From Heptranchias perlo (Eukaryota), in the NCBI RefSeq assembly GCF_035084215.1, contig NC_090340.1:3658001-3722000 (forward strand): a DNA stretch of 64,000 nucleotides, read 5' to 3'. The notes under the pieces were generated by a model. That model ran no database searches. It saw nothing but the letters and a program-made list of their open reading frames with translations, and was not told where the DNA came from. The first letter of the stretch is position 1. Each line of letters starts with the position of its first letter. The position numbers and the translations under genes were made by a program. Shown here in pieces: positions 24,065 through 36,800 of this stretch.

Positions 24065-25655
24065 TGATACCGAGAAACCAGTCTTCAACCAATTCGATTC
24101 ACTCCACGTGATATCAAGAAACGGCTGAGTGCAATGGATACAGCAAAGGCTACGGGCCCCGACAACATCCCGACAGTAGTGCTGAAGAATTCTGCTCCAG
24201 AACTAGCCGCTCCTCTAGCCAAACTGTTCCAGTACAGCTACAACACCGACATCTACACAACAACGTGGAAAATTGCCCAGGTATGTCCTGTCCACGAAAA
24301 GCAGGACAAATAAAATCTGGCCAATTACCGCCCCATCAGTCTACTCTCAATCATCAGCAAAGTGATGGAACGTGTCGTCGACAGTGCTATCAAACTGCTC
24401 AGTTTGGGTTCTGCCAGGACCACTCAGCTCCAGACCTCGTTACAGCCTTGGTCCAAACATGGACAAAAGAGCAGAATTCGAGAGGTGAGGTGAGAGTGAC
24501 TGCCCTTGACATCAAGGCAGCATTTGACCGAGTGTGGCACCAAGGAGCCCAAGTAAAATTTAAGTCAAAGGGAATCAGGGGGAAAACTCTCCAGTAGCTG
24601 GAGTCATACCCAGCACAAAGGAGGATAGTAATGGTTGTTGGAGGTCAATCATCTCAGCCCCAGGATATTGCTGCAGGAGTTCCTCAGGGCAGTGTCCTCG
24701 GCCCCACATTTTCAACTGCTTCATCAATGACCTTCCCTGCATAATTAGGTCAGAAATGGGGATGTTGGCTGATGATTGCACAGTGTTGAGTTCCATTTGC
24801 AATCCGTCAGATAAAGAAGCAGTCTATGCTCGCATGCAGCAAGACCTGGACAACATCCAGTCTTGGGCTGATGAGTCAAAAGTAACATTCACGCCAGACA
24901 AATGCCAGACAATGATCATCTCCAACAACAGATAGTCTAAGCACTTCTCCTTTATATTCAACGGCATTACGATCGCCGAATTTCCACCGTCAACATGCTG
25001 GGGGTCACCATTGACCAGAAACTTAACTGGACCAGCCACATAAATAATATGTCTACAAGAGCAGGTCAGAGGCTGGGTATTCTGCGGCGGGTGACTCATC
25101 TCCAAACTCCCCAGAGTCTTTCCAACATCTACAAGGCACAAGTCAGGAGTGTGAAGGAATACTCTCCACTTGCCTGGATGAATGCAGCTCCAACAACACT
25201 CAAGAAGCTCGGCAACATCCAGGACAAAGCAGCCCGCTTGATTGGCACCCCAACTACCACCCTAAACGTTCACTCCCTTCACCACCGGTGCAACGTGGCT
25301 GCATCTAAAGGATGCAATGCAGCAACTCGCCAAGGCTGCGACAGCACCTTCAAACACGCTACCTCTACCACCTAGAAGGACAAGGGAGACAGGCACATGG
25401 GAGCAGCACCACCTGCACGTTCCCCTCCAAGTCACACACCATCCCGACTTGGAAGCATATCGCCGTGCCTTCATCGTCGCTGTGTCAAAATCCTGGAACT
25501 CCCCACCTAACAGCACTGTGGGAGAACCCCACCACACGGACTGCAGCGTTTCAAGAAGGCGGCTCACCACCACCTTCTCAAGGGCAATTAGGAATGGACA
25601 ATAAATGCTGCCCTTGACAGCGATGCCCATATCCCATGAAAGAATAACAAAAAAA
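24065..25655 (+). mobile_element. Non-LTR retrotransposon (same family as 19540-21115), 5'-truncated, with A-rich tail
   Basis: ALDIKAAFDRVWHQG, LGVTIDQKLNW, IQDKAARLIG; AATAAA and A-rich end at ~25600-25657. Confidence 0.9.
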
Positions 25656-26370
25656 ATAAGTTTCGGTAGAAATGGAACATCTCAAAGCTGAGAGTGAAAT
25701 GGGAAAATGTGTGAATTGTTAAGATGGTCTGGAAGTTGAAGGAGTGAGAGATGCATTTGAAGAGGTTTTACAACGTGAACCGAGAAAGGGACTTCGAACA
25801 ATGGAGGAGAAGGAGAAAACTTTTTAACAGGATAGCCAATACAAGCCTGGTAATTGGTCTTTCCCAAATGAGAAGGTAAATCGGTTTAAAATTGAGTTAA
25901 GTAAACCTTGGATATTGAAAATGGAGTTCATAGATACAGGTTTTAAAACAGGAGAAAAGGGAAAAGGGAAGATTCCGTTTATTCTTCTGTTACAAGCTGG
26001 AGAATTTTTATTTGGATCAGTTTTTTATTGCTTTACTTGTTTTCATTCACTTCGACCACTTACAAAACATTTTTCTTAATGTGGTTACATCGTGAAAACA
26101 CGAATAGGACGCGAAGCTGCAAATTCCAAATTCAGCTGTCCTGGGTACATCTGTATGTGGAATAGTGAGGATTAATTTCAAATGGGATGCGAGCAAAAAG
26201 GAGAGATACCTTGGAAGTTAAGACAGAAATGTTCGCCAGTCTCTCCCATCTTTTGTCTCGACATATTTTGTTGTGCTTGTTTGAAATTTAGTTCTATTGT
26301 TGCATTGTTTCAGTCAACCTTTTTAATTGTTATCAATTTCTTAATTTAAGATCGTTCCCTACAGTGATAG

Positions 26371-28730
26371 ATGGATGCTATATCAGCAGTTATAACTCAA
26401 ACGATTGCCGAGAAACAAAGATCAATCGCTTCTGCGTCCGGAATCCTTGGTCCAGTCGAAGTAAGTTATTCTGCATGTGAAAAACACTTGTTTGCGACGT
26501 TTTGGGGCATTACGCATTTTTATTATATTGTGGGTTTAGAGCCAGAACATCTAATGACCAATCACACTCCAACGGAGTTCTTGTTGGACGGGAGATTAAA
26601 GGACCGGTCACTGTCTCCCGTCAGCCGAGCCCGGTGGACCCTGTTTTTGCAGGTATTAAAGTCCATCAGAATCCAGAACCGCCTCATTTCCCAGGAAGTC
26701 TGATACATTAAGGAGGCCAACTTAAATCATCACAAAGATCCAATAAAATTTGAGTGTTGCCAGACACAAGTGATTTATCAGTAGATGGAACCAGTCGAGT
26801 AGAGAAGGGGGAAAGGAAGACAGGATGTGGTATATACGACCCGGACAAACAAGTAGAATTAGCTATTCGACTGCCTGCACTTATGTCTGCACAGGTAGCC
26901 GAATTGGCAGCTGTAGCATATGTGGTCACACATCCAGTTGTGTTCCCAACTCACTTCACCATACACTCAGGCACAATGTTATGTGTCTAATTCTCTGACG
27001 ACACACCTTCCGATCTGGGAAACGAGAGGCTTTACATAGGCCAATGGGAAGGCATTACCCCTTGCCCCCCTTTTGAAAGTGATTTTTAACAGAGCACGAG
27101 AAGTACCTGGGGAAATACCAGTGTGCAAAGTTAAAACACATACTAAGAATGGGCCTCTATGGGAATGAAATCAGAAAGCAAACGATTAGCTAACAAAGGA
27201 GGAGAGGAGGGAATGGAGTGGGTTCCAGTAGAAATGTTTCCCCTAATGGAAACCAATCAGCCTGAGAAATTGCCCTACACAATCGATTTGAAACAATTAC
27301 AGAAAGATCCTGAAATAAAGGCAGTCATGGTGATGCTGGAAAGAAAGAAATCCAAGTTGAAAATATGCTCATCAGCTCAAGTTAAAGGTGAAAGATGGTA
27401 TCTAGCTGTACGATAAAAAGTGGGTGGTACCACAAAATGAGAACAAGGCTTTTCTTTACCAAGCCCATGGCGCACCCACTTCAGGACATCCCAGTCCACG
27501 GGGAACATTAGAATGGCTCCAACAAGCAGCATGGTGGTCAGGAATGAAAAGCCAGATGGAGCATTAATGTCAAAACTCTTTACCTTGTGTACCACACAAC
27601 CCAGATGTGCATACCAAGACCGCACTGTTGCACCACACTCGGCCGACAGCCGGCCTTTGGACCGATCAACAGATAGATTATATTGGGCCATTTGCCTCTT
27701 CCTCTCGAGATAATCGGTATCTATATGTGGCAGTAGACACATTCTCAGAGTGGGTAGAAGCATTTCCAACACCCAAATCAACAGCATAGGCCACTGCTAA
27801 AATATTGGTGAACCACGTATTCACGAGATGGGGACTCCCAAATTCCATCGACTCGGACCAAGGTAGTCATTTTACGGGTAGGGGAATACAAACTGCTATA
27901 CAGCTGTTAGGAATCAACAAACGATTCCATATTTCACATGATCCTACCTCATCAGGCATGGTGGAGATTGAACCAAGCATCGAAAAACAATACTGAAGGA
28001 GTTAATTGAGCTATCCCACAAAACAAGGGCCCAAGTGCTGCCCTTGGCATCAATGGCAATACGATCCACTGAGCCACGGACCACCAAGGACTTACCCCAT
28101 GAGTTAATGACAGTGAGAGTGATGAGGACCCCTGAACATTTGATGAGCCGCAGTGTCAGGTCTTGACTCAGGAGTGGTACATTAACTAGTTACGTGGTCG
28201 GCTGCAACAGATAATGGTCTTTGCAACCGTTAATAGTGCACGATATAAAAAGACCAATAAAATATATTTTGATATCAAAGTCAAAGGAGTAGAATGGACA
28301 GTCAGTGATAGTCATAGAGTCATAGAGTTATACAGCACGGATAGAGGCCCTTCGGCCCATCGTGTCCGCGCCGGCCATCAGCCCTGTCTACTCTAATCCC
28401 ATATTCCAGCATTTGGTCCGTAGCCTTGTATGCTATGGCATTTCAAGTGCTCATCCAAATGCTTCTTGAATGTTGTGAGGGTTCCTGCCTCCACAACCCT
28501 TTCAGACAGTGAGTTCCAGACTCCAACCACCCTCTGGGTGAAAAAGTTCTTTCTCAAATCCCCTCTAAACCTCCCGTCTAAACATTCCAATCAATCGGGC
28601 AATTTGTGGCTTGCTTTTCTGGACCATATCCCATTGTGGATAAAGCCAGTCCATCTGTGTACAAAGTAGACCTGAAACAGGAAAAAGGAAAATGGATCCA
28701 AGTCAACCAACTAAAAGAGTACAAGGGAAA
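26371..28730 (+). pseudogene. pol: pol remnant: tether/RNase H-like domain, second RNase H and integrase
   Basis: YSACEKHLFATFWGITHF..TNHTP (26371-26703); SVDGTS..GCG..SAQVAELAAV (26754-26990); QIDYIGP..AVDTFSEWVEAFP and [17 protein letters not shown] (27607-27996); SGPYPIVDKASPSVYKV..WIQVNQLK (28606-28730). Confidence 0.85.
28311..28577 (-). mobile_element. Short CR1 3' end inserted in the integrase region
   Basis: Tail tcatagagtcatagag; FFTQRVVGVWNSLSERVVEAGTLTTFKKHLD. Confidence 0.88.
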
Positions 28731-30096
28731 CGTACATGGTGCAATGAGCCCGATGGAGGAAGAGATTACTCATGTCCCCCCTATCCGATGAGGAGCATCA
28801 CAACATATTACACCCAACTCTGGTAGAACAGATGCCTCCCAGACCTAGGTGACTGAGACAAAGATCAGTCTGTCCACTTGATAGATACACTTCTCCATGG
28901 GAGTACAGACAAAGACGGTTATGATATGTAAATGGCAGAAGATATTTACACGAAACCGAATAAAGTCGATCACAAAAGTAATAACATTACCCATACGTTT
29001 AATTTCATCCTAGGTCCTGACTTGAGACCAAGATTGAGAAAGGCAAATGAAACATTTGCCTTTAATGAAATTAATGAAATTACTTTATATAAATGCTAAT
29101 ATTATGTGTAAACGGATGTCAAGAAAGAAATGAAGAATGCAGCATAAGGGTATATCAAGGTAGCGACCCAACAGGGCAAAACTGGAATGTGAAGTTGGGA
29201 TGGGTAAGAGAGGACTAAGTTGGACTGCATTGTAAATGCATGCAATCATTGAAAAAAGTGCAAATTTGCTTATCTGCCCAGCTGGAAAGTAACTAATTAC
29301 ACCACCAATGAGGTACGCTTAAAACTGCAGGTCCAAACTAAGTTTTAACAGCGCAGCAAGCCTTAATGATTGCCAAACAACTAAAAAATAACTTTTAAAA
29401 CTGTACCATCTCATTACACTTTATTTTAATAATTTTTGGTCATTAAAAAAATAAATTAAAAAATTTGTGATTTTTACTTTTCCATTCTGTCTATTTTATT
29501 TAATTCAATTATTTTTACCCTATCTTTTTTCGATGTCTGTATCTGTTTTTAGCCTGATTTAAATTGTTGTACTTTTGACTTCCTAATCTAACGCTGCAAG
29601 CCAACAGAGACTGTGAATGCAGCTATCAAAAATGCTGTTATCTGATTGGTCAAGGGGAGAGATCGATCCTCTCGCTTCTCCCGGAGTCCGAGCTTCACCA
29701 AAACTGACACTCTGCTTTCCTCCACGAAGTTTTGAGGAAATGGCCGATGGAAAAAACACGGTAAGTTTGTGGGTTAATATGAGTGTTGGTTTGCCGCTCC
29801 GAGCAATTTATACCCCAATGTGGTTACAATTGTGCAGCGGGTATTACTGTACACATTACCGACATTGTATTGTTTGAAGCTTCGTAGATCACATAATGCC
29901 AGAACGAAACGTGGTCTCCTGATAATTTAGATGATCTCAGCAATGGCAAAAGTAAGGGTCTCAATTATCCTGTGGGTTACCAATTAAAGATATTAAACAG
30001 CAAAGATGCCACTTCTTGTTGGTATCCAGTGACTCCCAGTTGACATTGCTGATGTGTAGAGGATTGTCCCATTTATGGTGCCATCAAGGTGGAATA

Positions 30097-30520
30097 AGAA
30101 GAACGAATTAGCATTTATATGGCGTATTTGGCATCTTCAACCGTCCCAAAACACTTCGTAACCAATTAATTATATTTGGAGGTTTACTTATTATTGTAAA
30201 GGAAAATGCGGAAGTCAATTCCTGCGCTTGCAAACAACAATGCGTTTAGGCGTCTGTCAATCTGTATTGGTGGCATAGGTAGTGTGATCAATGTCGGCAC
30301 TTGCAATAGTGTCATGAGATCCTTTACATCCTGACTAAATGGAGAGGTATTCTATTTAATGTCTTATCCGAACAATGGTGCCTCTAACAAGTGCAACAGC
30401 AGAGAATACAGCACTCCCTCCGAACAAGACAGAAATGTTAGGCGAGGTTATGCCTTCAAAACCTGGAGGTAGAGCGGATTTCAAATCACATCCCTCTGAC
30501 TCAGACCAGAGTGCTACCAC
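30097..30520 (-). mobile_element. Degenerate tRNA-derived (Deu-type) SINE
   Basis: Same layout as 51865-52303 (gcatttatat..cgtcccaaa..ccaat..; tttaatgtctyatccgaa; gagtgctacc). Confidence 0.6.
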
Positions 30521-30554
30521 ACATAGGTTCTTACACAAACGAATTTTATAGATA

Positions 30555-31395
30555 ACAGCAACAATTTGCATCTGTGTATTGCCTTTAAGGTAATAAAATG
30601 TCCGAAGGCGTTTTACAGAAGCGTTAACAAACAACATTTGAAAACGAGTCACATAAAGAGATATTCGGACAGGTGAGCTAAAAGCTTGGTCAAAGAGTTA
30701 GGTTTTAAGGAGCGTAATCATGGAGGAAGGAGAGGTAGAGCGGTTAACGGAGGGAATTCCAAAGCTTGTGGACAAGGCAGGTGAAAGCATGATTGCTAAT
30801 GGAGGAGCGATGAAAATTGGGAATGCGCATGATGGCAGAATTGGAGGATCGCAGATATCTCCGAGGGTTGTAGGGTGGAAGAGGTTACAGGGATAGGGAG
30901 AAGCGAGGACATGGCGGCATTTGAAAACATGAATGAATATTTTTTTTTAAAATGGAGGCATTGCCATACAGGGAATCAATATCAGTCAGCAAGCACAGGG
31001 ATGACTGTTGAACGGGACATGAGTGAGTTAGGATAGGGTCATCAGAGTTTTGGATAAGCTCAAATTTACGGAGGGAGCAAGGTGGGTGGCCAACGAGGAG
31101 AGCTTTGTAATAGTCAAATATAGATGTAACAAAAACTATGATGAGGGTTTCAGCAACAGATGAGCTGAAGCAGGGGCAGAGACAAGCAATGTTATGGAGG
31201 TGGGAGTAGGTGGTCTTAGTGATGGAGTGTATATGGGATCGGAAGCTCAGCTCAGGGTCAAATCGGATGCCAAGAATGCGAACGGTCTGCTTCAGCCTCA
31301 AACAGTGTCCAGGGAGTGGGGTGGAGCCGATGGCTGAGGAACTGAGATAACAGCGGTGTTCGAAGACAATGGCTTCGGTCTTCCCAATATGCATT
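30555..31395 (-). mobile_element. L2-clade LINE 3' fragment
   Basis: ORF 30885-31394 KTEAIVF..VRILGIRFDPELSFRSHI..HLHNIA..AETLI..FVTS.FDY..LIQN, typical of the L2 RT C-terminus. Confidence 0.85.
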
Positions 31396-31869
31396 ATTTC
31401 TCAGATGTGAAGGACGTCGCTGGGGGCTGGGGTGGGGGGGGGGGTTGTGGTTGGTGTTGCGGGGTGTTGGGTGGGAGAAAGAGAAATGAAGAAGGTGCTC
31501 TGTGTCTATGGTTACCACAGTGAATTGGCGCAATAAATATATATAATGAAAATGAATTTGTGAACTTTCTCTAATCGTTGTGTTATATGGATGCGCCCAC
31601 AGCTTCAACGTCATTCGTCAAATCATTCAGAGGAAAGTAAATCAAAATTACTCTGAAGTGTTGGGAACTGTGTAACAGTTTTTTTTAATGAGCAAGAGGA
31701 TTTCCACAGTAGGGCGGTTGCGAGACACAATTGGCAAAAAGACACCAACTTAATTGAACCTGAAGCTTAACTCCAAGGAGCAAGGCACTGATCCTTGAAT
31801 CATCACAGCGTTATTTTCTTTTTACTGTTTGCAAACCGTTGGCTAATTCCAAAACCTTATTTATTTATG

Positions 31870-32072
31870 ATATGGAGATGCCGATGATGGACTGGGGTGG
31901 ACAAATGTAAGGAATCTTACAACACCAGGTTATAGTCCAACAAATTTATTTTAAAATCACAAGCTTTCGGAGATTATCTCCTTCGTCAGATGAATGAAGG
32001 AGATAATCTCCGAAAGCTTGTGATTTTAAAATAAATTTGTTGGACTATAACCTGGTGTTGTAAGATTCCTTA
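31870..32072. mobile_element. Penelope-type inverted terminal-repeat remnant: perfect 77-bp hairpin with hammerhead core
   Basis: Arms 31908-31984 and 31996-32072 are exact reverse complements with an 11-nt loop. Flanking direct repeat ccttatttatttatg at 31855-31869 and 32068-32082. Confidence 0.8.
31955..31992 (-). ncRNA. Putative minimal hammerhead ribozyme
   Basis: Minus strand reads CUGACGA-a-GGAGAUAAUCUCC-GAAA-GCUU: the conserved CUGANGA and GAAA boxes, stem II and a palindromic AAGCUU stem III region. Confidence 0.6.
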
Positions 32073-33809
32073 TTTATTTATGTAAAACGACCACCAAAGA
32101 GAGTGCAGTCAGTGGGTTAGATGAGAACCAACTGCTATTGTTATAGCCATAGCGCACAAATATTATATGTCAGAGGGCAAAATAAACAGTGAATAATTCG
32201 TCTGATAGGCACATCGGATAAAACGAACATTATTTTAATTGTGAATGAATGAATGATTTTCCTTTTGTAAGGAAGAGCTCCGTACGACTTGTTTCGGAGT
32301 CATTATAAAATTGAGGTCGCAAAGCCAGTCTTTGCGCTCCCTTGGAACGAAAATTTCCTCCGTTCTATAAAGAGCGGGCGAACTGCTCCACCAATTTACC
32401 GTCCGGACGATCAAGGTGAAAATTTACCCCAGACGCCGTTGTTGCATATTACCCGATGTGAATGCACGCGTTCTGTGTACAATTATCATAGCCCGCGAGA
32501 GGGGTTCACACTTTGACCTCCCGGAGAGAGGGTAACCAAACGTCTTGATCCGATACTGCCAGTGCATCGAAGTTGAACTTACTGCCCAGTCCTGATGTTG
32601 GTATTGCCAATCGGACGCCTGTTAATAATAAAACACATTGATTTCAAGGGAAATAAAAATCGTGCAATTTCTGCAACGGGCCGCCAATCCTTTGAAAATG
32701 TCCCCCAGTGGGGGTTATTTCAACCTTACCACAGTGTGTGGAACTGTCGCCGTCAGATGCCCAGTTTTGATTTCAAAGGAAAGTGAAACTAGGTGAGGTG
32801 AAATATCTGACGATTAGGAATGGGAGGCATATTTTATACCCGCCAGATATTATTTTCAATGGAAAACAAAATCGTGCTGGTGTAAAGCGGACGACCGTTG
32901 AAGACCAATTACACCTCCATTTGCCGAGTGATATGTAAAGTTTGGATTTAATTTCGGTAACTCTAGATGACAGCCTAAATGTAACAAACTAAAACTCTTA
33001 GAATATGCTATTGCAACTTGAGTAGCAAATTCTTCAAGAACACAGCAGCCATTTCCCAGTTATGAAATTGTTACTTTTTAATATCAAATGCTGAATGCAA
33101 ACTTTTTGGGTGGTAATGTATAGGTTTTGTTGTTCATGAGACATGATTGATACAGCTGGTTACAGAACTATTAAAAAGAAAAAAAAAGTAAAATTGGACA
33201 AATAACAGAAGCCGCCGAGGTGAGCTTTTGAATAATATCAATATGCTCACGATAGAAAAAAGCAATAGGCTGCATATTACACATAACCGTTCGGCCTAGG
33301 AAACCAAATAACAATCTCCCAAAAATCAACAAGCTCGCAAACTTTCACAACTGCGGGGCAAGTCAAAATCTATCCCATTACGCCTTTATATAATATGCCA
33401 TTATTTGAGGTTCCAAATACATACACATATCTTGGTCAATCGGTGGTATACAATTTCAAATAATGGTTTAGCAAAATAAAATTGGCTTTTTGCACGTTGC
33501 CTTTCACGCTACTATTTTAAATTCGTCCTATTTAAGTATATTTCCTTGCAATCAATTGTCTAATTTCTAAGACTGCCCCGAAGACCGCAGGTACGATCCC
33601 CTGTTTCAATTACATTCAGGGAGTACTATCCATGCAAAGGGAAAAACAGATTGTGGAGAGTAACAAAACGATCATAATTTCCTAAAACTAAAACGGAATA
33701 ATATGGAAATAGTGAACTTCCCAGCTATACGCTGTTCTTCTTATGTTGGGGTAATTAGCAGTAATAGTTCTTGAATTGTAAATTCTCGCAGTTTCAATCC
33801 TCCGATCTC

Positions 33810-33834
33810 TCATGTCCTGTTTCTTTTCGGATCT
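33810..33834 (-). CDS. Gene B exon 5: short cytoplasmic tail (R)DPKRNRT*
   Basis: Acceptor cttctgctttttgtgtttag|; read in phase 2 to follow the TM exon. Confidence 0.6.
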
Positions 33835-36800
33835 CTAAACACAAAAAGCAGAAGATTGTTTAGATTATTTCTAATTATTTGATCACTTGACCACTATCAT
33901 TGGTTCCTGATTTTGTTTTCAACCCAAATGCATTTTTTTAGCGTCTCACTGTGAGTTCCCCCAATTTCTGTCGAAGTTGAAGCAGAAGATCGGGTGAGCT
34001 CCCCGCAGAACATGCTGGCGTTTTATATATAAACGATAAATCAGTGAAGATGCTAATTCGTAGATCTTTAATTTGGCTCAAACAAACTTAGTTTCAAATG
34101 GCTTTGTTACAAATAGCAAATTCTTCACCCGGCTTCGACGCAACTTCGACCAATGCAACAGGGCAACCGCGCATCAATCTATTATTCTGTTCTTTTTCAG
34201 GAACGAAAGTTAGGGAGATGACCCCCAAGTGGGATTCTGCCCTCATGATTATATTTGTTGAACAAAGAACCAGACGATGAACGATGGGTGCATAAATTTG
34301 CGATTAACAACGGGTCTCACTCTAACTTCGGCAGGAGATCTGGGAAAGTCCCAGGTAAATGGCATAACCTGAAAACTGCAATTTACCTGTTCGTCTGGAG
34401 CTTCCCTGGAAGTGATGTCATTTTCTCAGTAATCCTGTTCAATCGATTGGGGCCTGGAATTCCAGGGGTGTTCTCCCGCTTTCCTTCCATACCGTTGATA
34501 GGGAAGCCAAGAAAAAAATGGCTGAAACCGCTGAAATGGTCGTTTGCGCCCTTCAAGTTGCGTTTCCACCTGTCCAATATCGATGTTAGGCGGGACATCG
34601 GTTGATATTTTGGAGTCTTGGATAATAAATGCTTCTCCAGGCACAATTTAGGCGGTAATACTCTTCCTGACGAATGTAATTTCGCGGGTTCTCCCCGACA
34701 TCCCGTGTAACTTTGGCGGTCGATAATTGAGACCTCGGGAAAGCAGATAAAACCTACAATGCATACCAATTCGCCAATGTTTCCGCTGAAGTTAAAGCGG
34801 GAGATTGGGAGAATCAGACAGCAACTCACCTCTTCCTCTATTCCGGTAATTCTATGGAGCTCTTCATCCACTTTTTAAAGGAAATTTGTACAATTTATGA
34901 TAACAGTAGACTGAATTATCGGAGATTCTCCCTATCCGCCGCTGTAACTTCGACAAAAAACTTTTACCAGCGGTTTAGCGGGAGAACCCTGACGGAAGAT
35001 TATCCCTGATAAGCGGGACTGTCCCGCAGATATTCACTCAATTTTATTATAGATAATTTTATATTAGAATAATAATTGTTGGGAATACTGAATGAAATCT
35101 TACCTTTTGAAACAAATCGTTTTGCGGTAATCCACAATGATGATTGCCAGCATCTGAATTAGGTAAATGGCCGATATATATCGGGATATCAAAACAATTC
35201 GGAAAAAATTATCAGTACCTGCAAGATGTACATAAAACAGAAGTGCGGTGCTTTATATTCCACTAAGAAACGTCACAATAATAGTACATAAATAAACGAA
35301 TGAATGAATAAATGCATGGATGAATAAATACGTGAACGAATGAATGAATGAATTAATTATACAGAGGAAGGGCGCAAATTGCTGTTTCAGTCCTGTAGTT
35401 TTGCTAACTTGATTATTTTTATTGATATATCTATTTTGCGACGACAACTTTCACTGTATTTGCTTTTTAGAAATGTAACAACATGATCATCACAATATCA
35501 GGCTTTAGCTCCGTTACTCTAAATATTGAGTTGTATTTTTCACAAGAGCGTTTTCCCCTTTAATAATTATGTGGTAATATTTCAGCAAAATACGAAATGA
35601 TGAAATGCCAACAGGAGAAATGTTTATATTTTAAGAGTGTTCAATGAATAAAGAATTGTTTAGACAGAATCCGATCACACGTTTTTCTGCTATATCCAGT
35701 ATGTAATTCAGATCCAAGTTACTGCGAAACCTGGTGGAGTAGTGGCTTATGTGTTGTACTTAAGTTCGATCTGAACATTGTAAGTTGGCTGGGCTTGGCT
35801 TTGCAATATCTCAATAGAGCATTGGAACAAATTGCATTTTCTTTTCATGATATAAACCAGCGATTTAATATCCCAATATTATTGATATTGAAACTAAACA
35901 ATACTCCGTTAGAAATCGATGCAAAACAAAGTTAGGCTGAAAGGGCGCCTGTGAATTTTGTCATAGGTCTATGAATAATTAGGCTGATTTCAATTTTACC
36001 TCGAAGGCAATGAAGGAAAATAAAATGTCTGATTCTGTGTCCAGAGTTCATAGTCTTGAAGCAGCGCTGAATACGAGATCCAGAACTTTCCGAATTTCCA
36101 TCCTTTTAAAATAAAGGGACGGAGGATCATGCACCGCCTATTCATAGTTTCTGGCCAGCGCTGCCTGTCATCCCTGCTCCGCTCCAGGACTGATGGCCCG
36201 CCGAAAAAGCCCTAAAGGGGTAGATTTTGAGCTGTCTCTTAAGCGAATGACCGAGTCCAAAGCCTCATTACTAAAACGGCCGCAGACGGCTCAATATTTT
36301 CAGTCCAATGATTTCAGTTGTGAGAAGTTTCTGCGCGATTATTCAATAAAAGTTTCCGATCCGACCTTCATACAGGAATATCTACCCAAAGTTTACATTA
36401 TGAAAATAAGTCTGATACGTTCAATGCCTCATATCCTGTTCTATAAATAAAATATTTTTTGCGGGATATGGGCGTCGCTGGGAAGGCCCACGTTTATCGC
36501 CCAACCCTTGAGTGACTCAGAATGCTTTCTGACAGGTAAATATCCCTAACACCAATTTTGGCACATCATCAGGTGAAGATGATTCTGAACCTATCAGATT
36601 ACTACTATTTTTCCAAACTGTGTATTTGAGTAGAGAATGTGGCACTATTTACAAATGTTTTTCTCCTTCTAATGATCGTCTCGTCATATCATGTTCTATA
36701 AATCAGAATAGTGGGATAAAATGATCCCAGGCGCCCTGTTTGTCTGAGGACAGATTCTACTGCAACCAGTCAACTGAGGGCGAATGTAGCCTGAGTTTGC

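Larger units (their letters stand above)
19343..28800 (+). mobile_element. Second decayed LTR retroviral element (lokiretrovirus-like), interrupted by four LINE insertions
   Basis: Putative LTR starts TGTAAGG at 19343 and continues ~21120-21870. Gag-like 23240-24060 (PYSPLQLQEMVKQI, similar to PHNSWQLKEMAHDI of the first element). Two RNase H-like domains and integrase at 26371-28730. No 3' LTR, RT or env seen. Confidence 0.7.

Noticed and set aside
34255-35030. Overlapping 116-162 aa ORFs in a GC-richer block in the last intron of gene B
   Set aside because: No recognisable protein motif; the block looks like a non-autonomous repeat, similar to 1390-1620.
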